From Promethearchaeum syntrophicum (GTDB lineage Archaea; Asgardarchaeota; Lokiarchaeia; Sigyniarchaeales; Promethearchaeaceae), in NCBI RefSeq assembly GCF_008000775.2, contig NZ_CP042905.2, positions 4,260,001 through 4,292,000 on the forward strand: a stretch of 32,000 nt of DNA, written 5' to 3'. Of the stretch, positions 1-9,288 are shown one piece after another; the first letter of the stretch is position 1, and each line of letters starts with the position of its first letter. Below the pieces are notes generated by a model that saw nothing but the letters and a program-made list of their open reading frames with translations, searched no databases and was not told the DNA's origin. Position numbers and translations under genes: made by a program.

Positions 1-241
1 TCGCTACTGGATCAATTCTATTCTCCAAATTCTGAATCATCAAGGGTAATTATTTTTATTTCAATAAATTATTTCGTCCTCATTTTTTATAGTAGGAGAA
101 TTTATTCAAACAAAAAAAAAATTTCCCCATTTTCTTTGAAGTTCAAATCTATATATTGAGTATATGTTGATCTGAATATTTTTTCAAGTTTTTTCCCTTT
201 TCTCTTCATATTCTTATAAATGTCTTAAACAATTCATAAAA

Positions 242-2740
242 TTGAAAATTATAATGTTAATAAACGATATTTTCACGGGAATAGTTCTTTTATGCCTAAT
301 TCATATTATATATCTGATTTTAAACGATCGCAAAGATCTCCCAATTGAGATCAGTAAGAAAAACGGAAATCCATTTGTTAGTATTATTGTTCCTACATTA
401 AATGAGGAAAATAATATCTCAAAATGTATATCCAGTTTAGAAAAAATTGATTATCCCAATAAAGAAATTATCGTAGTAGACGGCGGCTCGAAAGACCGTA
501 CGGTCGAAATTGCTAAGGGATTTGGAGTAAAAATAATAACCTTTAATAAATTACCGGAAAATTGGGTCGGAAAGTCATATGCATGTCATTTAGGATATAA
601 AGAATCAAGAGGGGATATTCTATTATTTACAGATGCCGATACTGTTCACACACCTGATTCCCTAACTATTACGATTTCCAAATTGCTACATCATAATATA
701 TCTTTGCTTTCTACAATTCCCTATCAACAAGCAGAAAGATGGTATGAATATCTTTCGGGGTATTATTTCTTCTTAGCTTGGTTAATTAGAGGACCGAAAA
801 TAAATATTTATAATAAGAAGAAAAAGGATTTTTTTGCCATAGGGCAATATATGTTATTCCAAAGGGAAAAATATGAACAACTAGGTGGACATGTTGCTAT
901 TCATGAAAAAGTGGTTGAAGATTTTGCATTAGCCAAATTGGTTAAAGAAAAAGGTCATCATTTGTATTATCTTGATAAAAATAAAATCGTTTCATGTCGA
1001 ATGTATCCAGATGGATTTAGAAGTTTCTATGAAGGGTTTAGAAAATCAATTTGGACAGGAATGGAAATGCTTCCACTTTATAAAATATTTATAGCAGCAT
1101 CTTGGATTATTTTGGGCCTTTTTGCCCCTTATTTCCTCATAAAATCTTTATTGGACGGAGAAAATATACTCCGTATTGCATTTTACGGGGGAAGTTATTT
1201 ATTATTTGCATTCTCGTTGTATTATGATTGGCATCCAAACAGAAAGGATCATTTAATTGTCTATTTATTGTACCCTATCGGACTTTTGATTACAACCATA
1301 ATCTTGATCACATCGATTTATGATGGAATTTTAGGGAAACCCGTAAAATGGAAAGGAATAAATTATGAAACAAAAATAAAAAGTAAAAAAACAAAATTTG
1401 AACAAAAACCAGAAATACGGGTGAAAAAGAAAAGGTTAGCTACATTAGATTTTTTGAGAGGGGTTGCAATTTTAATGGTAGTAGGATTCCATTCAATTGA
1501 ACGAGCCCTACCTATCGATTTTTGGGATAATTTTATTTTGACAGCTCCGAAATGGCAATTTTATTTATTCGGACCTTTTTTACTTTTAATGAGTTGGCGG
1601 GGCTTTTTCATTTTAATTTCCGCAATTGTGTATATTTATACGTTTGAAGCAAGGGTTCGTATAACCAATAATCCGGGAATCCTTTTAAAGAAAAATATAA
1701 TGAAAGGAACAATTTTATTTCTTTTTGGATGTATTATAAACATCTTTTTGCATCCAGACGCAACAATTGGAACTTTTCTTCTAACTGGTCAATGGCAACC
1801 AGAACAATTCATCTTTAGATTAAATAACTCCAATGCTATTCAAATGATTGCATTGGGATTGATAATATTTTCTTTTATTCATTTTATACTCACTCGAAAT
1901 AAAGGTTATAAGAAAACAACTAGAAATTTAATAATATATACGTCTTTAATGATACTAATTATCTTTTTAACACCAATATTGAATCGAATTTTGTTTTCGA
2001 ACCGGGGAATAACTCGCGATGATATCCTTTTTATAGAAACAAATTCTCCTGCTGAATTTCTCAGTGGAATTTTCTTAGCAAATCTTGTAGGAAACGCTCA
2101 ACCGTTATTTCCATATTTATCCGTAACTTTTTTTGGGTGCATTATCGGGATTATTTTAAATCAAGATGAATGGAAAATAAAGAAGAAATTAACCAGAATA
2201 TTTCTATTGGGAGTTTTATGTATCATCGTAGCACTTCTAGATTGGATCTTTATTAGGGGAAGTGAACCGATAAGTGCTTTTATAATTGCACCAATTTGGT
2301 TCTTAATTCTAAATACTGGTTTGCAGACATTTCTAATTGCTATTTTCTTATATTTCTTTGATTATTCGAAAAATATTGAGAAGCGAATGAAACGAGTAAA
2401 AAAAGTTCGCTTTATAAGACGCGCAGGATTAGTTTCGTTAACTTTATTTTCGACTCAATATCTTGATATTATCCCTAGATTTCTATTAACTAAAATCACA
2501 GGAATTGATTTCTTGAATTTAGGTAATTTAACATCACTTTACCAATCATTTCTGTTACTCTGGATAATTATATTTTATTGGGTATTTTTATTGAAATTGT
2601 GGGAATATGGAAAATTTTACGGTTCTTTTGATTGGCTTATGGTGTATATCTCTTCTTCATTACTGAAGAAAAAATTGAATTGGCAAGATCCTTTGAATAT
2701 AAATAGAAATCTATATGAAATTGAACAAAATATGAAATAA
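242..2740 (+). CDS. Two-domain integral membrane protein: N-terminal family-2 glycosyltransferase (CrtQ-like lipid/carotenoid glycosyltransferase pattern) fused to a C-terminal DUF1624/HGSNAT-type acyltransferase-like multi-pass domain
   Basis: 832-aa ORF. GT2 signatures: VSIIVPTLNEE, IIVVDGGSKDRT, WVGKSYAC, DxD-like FTDADT, then CRMYPDGFRSFYEGFRKS and VKWKG. These are collinear with staphylococcal CrtQ as I remember it. A Lys-rich linker (aa ~375-395) is followed by RLATLDFLRGVAILMVVGFHS, the typical opening motif of the DUF1624/heparan-alpha-glucosaminide N-acetyltransferase family, and then about 10 hydrophobic segments. The track start is TTG 242; ATG 254 is equally plausible. Confidence 0.75.
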   Translation: MKIIMLINDIFTGIVLLCLIHIIYLILNDRKDLPIEISKKNGNPFVSIIVPTLNEENNISKCISSLEKIDYPNKEIIVVDGGSKDRTVEIAKGFGVKIITFNKLPENWVGKSYACHLGYKESRGDILLFTDADTVHTPDSLTITISKLLHHNISLLSTIPYQQAERWYEYLSGYYFFLAWLIRGPKINIYNKKKKDFFAIGQYMLFQREKYEQLGGHVAIHEKVVEDFALAKLVKEKGHHLYYLDKNKIVSCRMYPDGFRSFYEGFRKSIWTGMEMLPLYKIFIAASWIILGLFAPYFLIKSLLDGENILRIAFYGGSYLLFAFSLYYDWHPNRKDHLIVYLLYPIGLLITTIILITSIYDGILGKPVKWKGINYETKIKSKKTKFEQKPEIRVKKKRLATLDFLRGVAILMVVGFHSIERALPIDFWDNFILTAPKWQFYLFGPFLLLMSWRGFFILISAIVYIYTFEARVRITNNPGILLKKNIMKGTILFLFGCIINIFLHPDATIGTFLLTGQWQPEQFIFRLNNSNAIQMIALGLIIFSFIHFILTRNKGYKKTTRNLIIYTSLMILIIFLTPILNRILFSNRGITRDDILFIETNSPAEFLSGIFLANLVGNAQPLFPYLSVTFFGCIIGIILNQDEWKIKKKLTRIFLLGVLCIIVALLDWIFIRGSEPISAFIIAPIWFLILNTGLQTFLIAIFLYFFDYSKNIEKRMKRVKKVRFIRRAGLVSLTLFSTQYLDIIPRFLLTKITGIDFLNLGNLTSLYQSFLLLWIIIFYWVFLLKLWEYGKFYGSFDWLMVYISSSLLKKKLNWQDPLNINRNLYEIEQNMK

Positions 2741-5128
2741 TTAATTGTTTCGGAAAAAAGTTTGAGCTATTTCAACAGCTTGCCTAGCATCTTTTCCATA
2801 ATAATCAGCATTAATCATTTTTGCATATTTTTCATTGAGAACAGCCCCTCCAACCATAATTCTACAGTCTTTATCGCTATTTTGAAGCTTTTCAATGGTT
2901 TTTTTCATGTTTTCAACCGTCGGCGTCATTAAGGCAGATAAACCAACCAATTTGATTTTTTGTTCAATGCAAGTGGATACTATGGAGTCAATTGGGACAT
3001 CTTTACCTAAATCAATTACAGTAAATCCATAATTCTCCAGCAAGACTTTTACAATATTTTTACCAATATCGTGAACATCTCCTGCTACAGTAGCTAATAA
3101 TATTTTTCCTTTACTTAATCCTTTCTCATCTTCATGAGGCATGGTAGATTTGATTATTTTAAAAGCTTTTTTCACTGTTTCTGCTGATCGGATTAACTGA
3201 GGTAAGAATATATCTCCTTGATCATACATATCCCCAACAATATCAAGTGAGGGAATTAAATGTTCGTCAATTATCGAAAGCGGAGGAGTATTCTTTAAAA
3301 GATCTTGTGTTTTCTGCTCAACTTGATTTAGTAGACCTTTAATGATAATATTGGAAAGCGATTCCTTCGTTTCTTCTTTAAGAAGCTGTTTTTCAGATTG
3401 GTTATTACCAAACTTATTAATGAAATCCTCCGAATTTTTATCTGTATTTGATAATATTCTAAACGCAAAAATGGTTTCTATAATTTCTGGTACTAAAGGA
3501 TCTGTAATTGGAGCATCTAATCCGTATGTTAATGCCATTGCCATATAAGTTTGATTTATAAGATCTCTACGGGGTAATCCAAAGGATATATTACTTGCTC
3601 CTAAAACAGTTTTTACTCCGAATTTTTGTTTTATTATCTGCATAGCTTTAAGGCTTTTAAGGACTTGATCTTGGTGAGTACTTGCTGTTAATACCAAACA
3701 ATCAATTAAAATATCTTTTTTAGGAATTCCATATTGTTTTGCCGTGGTTATAATTTTTTCAGCAATTTCTACCCTTTGTTCAATTGTTTTTGGTAATCCT
3801 CTTTCATCCATTGTTAGACCAATAACGCAAGCACCATATTTTTTCGCAATCGGAAAGATTTGTTCCATGTTATTTTTTTTACCCGTAACGGAATTCAATA
3901 TTGTTTTTCCGTTAAATATTCGAGCTCCCGCTTCTAATGTCTTAATATTTGCACTATCTATCTGAAGTGGTATATCAATAATTCCTTGAAGTTCTTTTAT
4001 TACTTTAACCATCATTATCGGTTCATCAATTTCTGGAAGACCGATATTGACGTCGAGAATGTCTGCTCCTGCATCTTTTTGAGCAATTGCTTCGTTTATA
4101 ATTGCCCCGTAATCTTGGTTTATAAGAGCATTTTTTATTATTCCATTCCCAGTCGGATTGATTCTTTCACCTATAATTTTTGGCAGATTTGCATCAAAAA
4201 TTACAGTTTTTGTTGAAGAGCAAGCACAAGTATAAGAAACGGGTTTGGGAACCGAAGGATCAATATTTTTTAACTTCTCATGCAACTTGAGGATAAATTC
4301 CGGGGTAGTCCCACAACATCCTCCAAGAATTCGCACTCCTTTCTTCGCAATTTCGACCATAACTGTTGCAAATTCTTCAGGAGTAACATTGAAAACCGTT
4401 TCTCCATCCACATAATCGGGTAGACCTGCATTTGGTTGAACCATAACTGGAATTGTTGCATATTTTAAAATTTCATCCACAATAGGTAAAATATCTTTTG
4501 GACCCAATGAACAATTTACTCCGATAACATCCACACCCAAACCTTCTAAAACATTAACCATTGTAATAGGATCAGTTCCTGTGAGCGTTCTACCATTTTG
4601 ATCAAAAGTCATCGTGCAAAAAACAGGTAAATTAGAATTCTCTTTGGCTGCAAGAATCGCAGCTTTTGCTTCATATAAATCCGAGATGGTTTCAATAATA
4701 ATAAGATCTGCCCCAGCATCCGTACCAGCAATAACTTGACGTTTATAAAGATCGTAAGCTTGCTCAAATTTTAAAGATCCAAGAGGTTCTAATAATTGCC
4801 CTGTTGGGCCCAAATCAAGAGCTACGTATTTTTTTCCAGCAGCCTTTCTTGCAAGAGATACGGCTTTTTGAACCACATCTTCAACAGAATATAGACAACC
4901 TTTTAATTTTATTTCATTAGCTCCAAAAGTATTGGTAATTATAATATCAGAGCCCGCTTCAATGTTTTGTTTATGAATGTCAAGAATAACATCTGAATGT
5001 GTGAAATTAAATAATTCTGGGATTTCGCCCGCTTTTAATCCCATTTTCTGAAGCGTTGTTCCCATAGCGCTATCGAATAATATAAATTTTTTTTTGTTTT
5101 CTTCAAAGATTTTTTTTACGAAACTCAC
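2741..5128 (-). CDS. metH: Cobalamin-dependent methionine synthase core (Hcy-binding + pterin-binding + B12-binding domains; no C-terminal activation domain)
   Basis: 795 aa. Hcy S-methyltransferase zinc ligands GVNCSLGP and GGCCGTTP. Pterin-binding IGERINPTG. B12-binding DxHxxG (DVHDIGKNIV) plus GLSALMT. The protein ends directly after the B12 Rossmann domain. GTG start at 5128, preceded by GGAGGG about 8 nt upstream. Confidence 0.9.
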   Translation of the reverse strand: MSFVKKIFEENKKKFILFDSAMGTTLQKMGLKAGEIPELFNFTHSDVILDIHKQNIEAGSDIIITNTFGANEIKLKGCLYSVEDVVQKAVSLARKAAGKKYVALDLGPTGQLLEPLGSLKFEQAYDLYKRQVIAGTDAGADLIIIETISDLYEAKAAILAAKENSNLPVFCTMTFDQNGRTLTGTDPITMVNVLEGLGVDVIGVNCSLGPKDILPIVDEILKYATIPVMVQPNAGLPDYVDGETVFNVTPEEFATVMVEIAKKGVRILGGCCGTTPEFILKLHEKLKNIDPSVPKPVSYTCACSSTKTVIFDANLPKIIGERINPTGNGIIKNALINQDYGAIINEAIAQKDAGADILDVNIGLPEIDEPIMMVKVIKELQGIIDIPLQIDSANIKTLEAGARIFNGKTILNSVTGKKNNMEQIFPIAKKYGACVIGLTMDERGLPKTIEQRVEIAEKIITTAKQYGIPKKDILIDCLVLTASTHQDQVLKSLKAMQIIKQKFGVKTVLGASNISFGLPRRDLINQTYMAMALTYGLDAPITDPLVPEIIETIFAFRILSNTDKNSEDFINKFGNNQSEKQLLKEETKESLSNIIIKGLLNQVEQKTQDLLKNTPPLSIIDEHLIPSLDIVGDMYDQGDIFLPQLIRSAETVKKAFKIIKSTMPHEDEKGLSKGKILLATVAGDVHDIGKNIVKVLLENYGFTVIDLGKDVPIDSIVSTCIEQKIKLVGLSALMTPTVENMKKTIEKLQNSDKDCRIMVGGAVLNEKYAKMINADYYGKDARQAVEIAQTFFRNN

Positions 5129-5819
5129 AAAAAGTTCCCTCCTGTAAATATATACAATTTTTGTATCTCAAACAAGTCTTACATTTCTCATTATCTGCTC
5201 TTTTTTGAACTTTTCCAGTAGGTTTTTTTATATTTTTATCTTCAAAACCAATTATAGCAGTTACGGATTTTGAAGGAACTAAAATGTGTTCATTTGAGAC
5301 CGTCAATCCCATTGTTCTTGACGAATTTAAGACTTTTAATATATTATCTTGAACTTTGAGCGAAAAATCACCATAACCAGGACTAAATCGATATGTAAGA
5401 TTACAATTTGACTGATTTGCGATTTCTTTTATTTCACTTTCCAAATTATCACTAATTGCTTCAATATAGGTAGTTGCGCATGCATCAAAAATCACTGCTT
5501 TTGTCAAATCGATATTACTATAATATTTTATCTTCCGATCCACTTGAATTCCTAAAGTTACGGCCATAATTGCAACCTTTTTTGAATGAATCAGGTGTTT
5601 TATAATGTCTTTTCCCGTTAAAACTAAAATTGAATTTAAAATTTGAATGCTTTTTTGATTTTTTTTTATCTCAAATATTCGGTATTGGAATTTTGGGACA
5701 GAAATTTTTCTTACTTCTTCAATACTTTCATCTATTAGTTGATCCGTTATTTGATCATTATTTTTATCAGTCCCACCAAGATAGCGAAGAATTTCTTTCT
5801 TATCAATTTCTATATTCAT
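5103..5819 (-). CDS. Stand-alone methionine synthase activation (reactivation) domain-like protein with a C-terminal Cys cluster
   Basis: 238 aa. RFSPGYGDFSL and LVPSKSVTAIIGF resemble the R-x-x-PGYP and downstream motifs of the MetH AdoMet-binding activation domain. It sits between metF and the metH core, with a 4-nt overlap to metF and a 26-nt overlap to metH. C-terminal cluster CKTCLRYKNCIYLQEGTFC. Confidence 0.7.
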   Translation of the reverse strand: MNIEIDKKEILRYLGGTDKNNDQITDQLIDESIEEVRKISVPKFQYRIFEIKKNQKSIQILNSILVLTGKDIIKHLIHSKKVAIMAVTLGIQVDRKIKYYSNIDLTKAVIFDACATTYIEAISDNLESEIKEIANQSNCNLTYRFSPGYGDFSLKVQDNILKVLNSSRTMGLTVSNEHILVPSKSVTAIIGFEDKNIKKPTGKVQKRADNEKCKTCLRYKNCIYLQEGTFCEFRKKNL

Positions 5820-6679
5820 AGATTTACTTTCTCCAGAATTTTTTTGGCAATTTCTGGTCGATTCATAGTGTAAATGTGTATTCCATCAACACCGTTTGCT
5901 ATTAAATCATTAATTTGTTGGGCAGCATAATAAATTCCTTCATTTTGCAATTTCAAGGGATTCTGGTGATTTTTTGCAATTATTTTAGATAATTTTCGCG
6001 GAATGGTGCTTCCACATAATGTTGTTATTCGATTCATTTGTTTTGCGTTTGTAACTGGCATTATTCCTGCAGATAATGGAATTTTTAGACCCATCTCTTC
6101 AAATCGATCCTTAAAATGATAAAAATATGTATTATCAAAAAAAATCTGGGAAATCAGGAAACAAGCACCTGTTTCAACCTTGAATTTAACATATTTTAAA
6201 TCTGTTTCAAAATTTTCTGCCTCAATATGACCCTCCGGATAAAAGGCAGCGCCTATACAAAAATTATATCTGTGATTTAACTCTTCAATTAAATCAGAGG
6301 CATATTTGTAATGTAGGGGAGTAGGAAATTTAAAATTTGGATCTGAAGGTAAATCACCTCGAAGTGCTAAAACATTTTCAATATTGTTTTCGTTTAATTC
6401 TTTAGCAATTTGAATGATTTCTTGCTTTTTAGCAGACACACAAGTTAAATGAGCAAGAGATTCAATTTTGTACTTGTTTTTTATAATTGAGGCGATTTCT
6501 ACAGTGTGGTCTTTAGTACCTCCTCCTGCCCCGTAAGTTACTGATATAAAATCAGGATTTAGAGCTTTTAGGGCTTCTATTGTGGAATAAATTGAATCCA
6601 AATTATAATTACGTGTGGGAGGAAAAACTTCGAATGAGATAACTGGTTTTTTTTGTTTAAAAAATTCTTTAATTAGCAT
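5816..6679 (-). CDS. metF: 5,10-methylenetetrahydrofolate reductase
   Basis: 287 aa. ISFEVFPP and ISVTYGAGGGT motifs are typical of MetF/MTHFR. Operonic with the metH genes. Confidence 0.9.
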   Translation of the reverse strand: MLIKEFFKQKKPVISFEVFPPTRNYNLDSIYSTIEALKALNPDFISVTYGAGGGTKDHTVEIASIIKNKYKIESLAHLTCVSAKKQEIIQIAKELNENNIENVLALRGDLPSDPNFKFPTPLHYKYASDLIEELNHRYNFCIGAAFYPEGHIEAENFETDLKYVKFKVETGACFLISQIFFDNTYFYHFKDRFEEMGLKIPLSAGIMPVTNAKQMNRITTLCGSTIPRKLSKIIAKNHQNPLKLQNEGIYYAAQQINDLIANGVDGIHIYTMNRPEIAKKILEKVNL

Positions 6680-6708
6680 CTATTGAGTTAAAAAGGAATT
6701 AAAGAAAA

Positions 6709-7236
6709 TTAATTCTTTTGTAATTTTGAAGGTCGAATAATACATACTTGAGGTTGATGTTTATGTCTACTACGAGTTGATAACCGTTGTTCTCTTCTTT
6801 TTAGAGCTTCATTGTATCTACGCTTTTCTTCTTCTGTTTCTATTGATAAAGAAGGCACTTCTAATGGTTTATCATTTTTATCTAATGCAACAAATGTTAA
6901 ATACGCACTTGCAACATGCGTTCTTATTCCTGAAATTAAGCACTCAGCTTCAATTCTCACTCCAATTTCAAGAGAAGTTCTTGAAGTATAATTCACAGAA
7001 GCATATGCAATTACTAAATTTCCAACGTACACTGGAGTAATAAAGTCGATTTTATCCACTGAGGCGGTTACACAATTAGAATGAGTATGTCTGGTAGCTG
7101 CTATAAGTGCTGCATTGTCAATAATTTTCATTATCGATCCTCCATGCACATTACCTCCAGGATTTGCATGCTCAGGCATCATTAATTGAGCTAAATGTAT
7201 CTTAGATTTATTCGTTGGTTTTGATTTTAATTCCAT
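6709..7236 (-). CDS. Hotdog-fold acyl-CoA thioesterase (YciA/ACOT7-like) with a basic C-terminal tail
   Basis: 175 aa. MMPEHANPGGNVHGGSIMKIIDNAA and the following beta-rich core match the acyl-CoA hydrolase family pattern (compare E. coli YciA LAMPADTNANGDIFGG). Confidence 0.8.
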   Translation of the reverse strand: MELKSKPTNKSKIHLAQLMMPEHANPGGNVHGGSIMKIIDNAALIAATRHTHSNCVTASVDKIDFITPVYVGNLVIAYASVNYTSRTSLEIGVRIEAECLISGIRTHVASAYLTFVALDKNDKPLEVPSLSIETEEEKRRYNEALKRREQRLSTRSRHKHQPQVCIIRPSKLQKN

Positions 7237-7294
7237 ATAAGCAAGAAAACGATAAACTAATAAAAAATTTGTAAAAAAGAATTATAAGTTGTTA

Positions 7295-9190
7295 TCAATC
7301 TTTTACAATAACTGACTCAATAGCATCTCTAACTTCTTTTACTGAAGCACTGTCTTCAATTGTAGAAATATCCCCAATATTTTTTCCTTCAGCTATTGAT
7401 TTTATTATTCGACGCATAACCTTTCCGGATCTCGTTTTTGGTAATCGACTCACTACCAAAATTTCTTTAGGTTTAGCAATCGGTCCAATTCCATCTCGAA
7501 TTTTTTGTCGTAAACCATTTATTAATTCATCAGAACTAATAATATTTTCCTTTAAAACCACAAGAACGAGGGGAACTTGTCCCTTTATTGGATCTGCAAT
7601 TCCAATCACCATATTTTCTGCAACGGATGGATGAGAATTCAGTAATTCTTCTATTTCACGAGTTCCCAGTCTATGACTTGCGACTTTTATGACTTCATCA
7701 GCACGTCCGAGAACAAAATAATATCCATCCTTATCTTTTATAGCATAATCTCCTGTATAATACACGGGTTCTCCAGGTAACACCTTGAAATAGGTTTCGT
7801 TGTAACGATCATCGTCACCCCAAATTGTAAGCATATGTCCTGGAGGGGTTGGAGGTTTTGCAACTAGAAATCCTTTCACTCCCGCTCCAACAGTCTTATT
7901 ATTATCGTCTACTACTTCAAGATTCCATGTCCATGTTGGATATGTTGGAGAACCAGGTTTAATAGGAATATTATCAACACCAACGGGATTACATAAAACG
8001 GGCCATCCTGTCTCAGTTTGCCAATAATTATCGATAATTTCTGTTTTACCTAACACCCTCTTTGCAAATTCATAGGTCGGAGGATCTAGGGGCTCACCAG
8101 CCAGGAATAAATATTTTAAACAACTTAGATCAAATTTAGTGATATTCTCTTCTGGGAATTTCCTTAACATTCTAAATGCTGTTGGAGAACTAAAAACAAC
8201 GTCTGCTTTGACTTTTTCAATAATTTCAAACCAAATACCTGTATGAGGATGAATAGGAGTCCCATCATAGATAATGCTTGTAATTCCAGCAAAAAGAGGA
8301 AAATATATTGTATAACTATGCCCTACAACCCATCCTATGTCAGATGTGGCAAAATAAATGGAATCTTTTTTACAGCCATATAAGGAGAATATTGAATGAT
8401 ATCCTGCGACCATGTAACCTGCAGTATCCCGTAATGCACCTTTTGGTTTTCCTGTTGTTCCTGAAGTATACAAGATATAGGAAGGATCTTCCGATTTGAG
8501 AGGTACACATTCTACTTCTTTGATAGGACAGTTCTCAATTTCATGTTTCCAATCGATATCTCTACCTTCGATCTTATGATAATCAATTAAATTGAGATTT
8601 AGAACTAAAACTTTAGGAACTTTATATTCCGCGATATCTATCGCATCATCGATGATTTTTTTAAGAGGTGTTATTTTTCCTGCTCGTTTACTTCCATCAG
8701 CGCAAATAATCAATTTAGGTTTTGCATCATCAATTCTAACGGCTATCGATTCTTTGCTAAAACCTGCAAAAATTATGCTGTGAATTAGCCCTATTCGTGT
8801 GCAAGCGAGTGCCGCAACACAAGATTCGATAGACATTGGTAAATAAAAAATTACGCGATCACCTTTTTCTAATCCTAAATGTTTGAAAAGTCCTGCTACT
8901 TGATTTACTAATATCAATAAATCAGAATAAGTTATTATTTTGCTGATTTTCTCAACAGGATTTTCATAAATATATGCAGCTCTATTTTTATGCTCATCAT
9001 CTTTAGCCCATCGATCTACAGCATTATAACAAATATTCGTTTCTCCGCCTTTAAACCATCTATAGAATGGTGGATTTGATGTATCCAATACTTTATCCCA
9101 TTTTTTATACCAGAATAATTCATTTGCTATTTTTCCCCAAAATTCTTCGGGATTCTCTATTGATTTTTTATAATCTTCACTATAAGTCAT
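7295..9190 (-). CDS. prpE: AMP-forming short-chain acyl-CoA synthetase, propionate-CoA ligase-like (PrpE/ACSS3 type)
   Basis: 631 aa. Collinear with E. coli PrpE as I remember it: NPPFxRWF, RIDDAKP, YTSGTTGKPKG, DIGWVVGHSY, IDNYWQTETGWP, TIWGDD, LGTREIEE, LPKTRSGKVMRR. Substrate preference (acetate versus propionate) cannot be read from the sequence. Confidence 0.85.
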   Translation of the reverse strand: MTYSEDYKKSIENPEEFWGKIANELFWYKKWDKVLDTSNPPFYRWFKGGETNICYNAVDRWAKDDEHKNRAAYIYENPVEKISKIITYSDLLILVNQVAGLFKHLGLEKGDRVIFYLPMSIESCVAALACTRIGLIHSIIFAGFSKESIAVRIDDAKPKLIICADGSKRAGKITPLKKIIDDAIDIAEYKVPKVLVLNLNLIDYHKIEGRDIDWKHEIENCPIKEVECVPLKSEDPSYILYTSGTTGKPKGALRDTAGYMVAGYHSIFSLYGCKKDSIYFATSDIGWVVGHSYTIYFPLFAGITSIIYDGTPIHPHTGIWFEIIEKVKADVVFSSPTAFRMLRKFPEENITKFDLSCLKYLFLAGEPLDPPTYEFAKRVLGKTEIIDNYWQTETGWPVLCNPVGVDNIPIKPGSPTYPTWTWNLEVVDDNNKTVGAGVKGFLVAKPPTPPGHMLTIWGDDDRYNETYFKVLPGEPVYYTGDYAIKDKDGYYFVLGRADEVIKVASHRLGTREIEELLNSHPSVAENMVIGIADPIKGQVPLVLVVLKENIISSDELINGLRQKIRDGIGPIAKPKEILVVSRLPKTRSGKVMRRIIKSIAEGKNIGDISTIEDSASVKEVRDAIESVIVKD

Positions 9191-9288
9191 TTTTTTATCA
9201 CTTGATGAGAAATTGACTCTTAAATTTATAAATTTTTTAAGTTCATTACCTCAATAATAGATTAACACATTATTTTTGAAACAAAGGA

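Noticed and set aside
1-41. Possible 5' end of a minus-strand gene (ATG at 41-39 reading MIQNLENRIDPVA… off the left edge)
   Set aside because: Only 13 codons are visible. That is too little to distinguish from chance, and no RBS or promoter can be judged.
3342-4461. Several 60-76-aa ORFs (3342-3548, 3744-3965, 3986-4216 on +; 4270-4461 on - in another frame) inside metH
   Set aside because: They lie entirely within a strongly supported 795-aa CDS. Their translations are low-complexity Ile/Phe/Ser-rich with no motifs, which is typical of shadow ORFs in AT-rich DNA.
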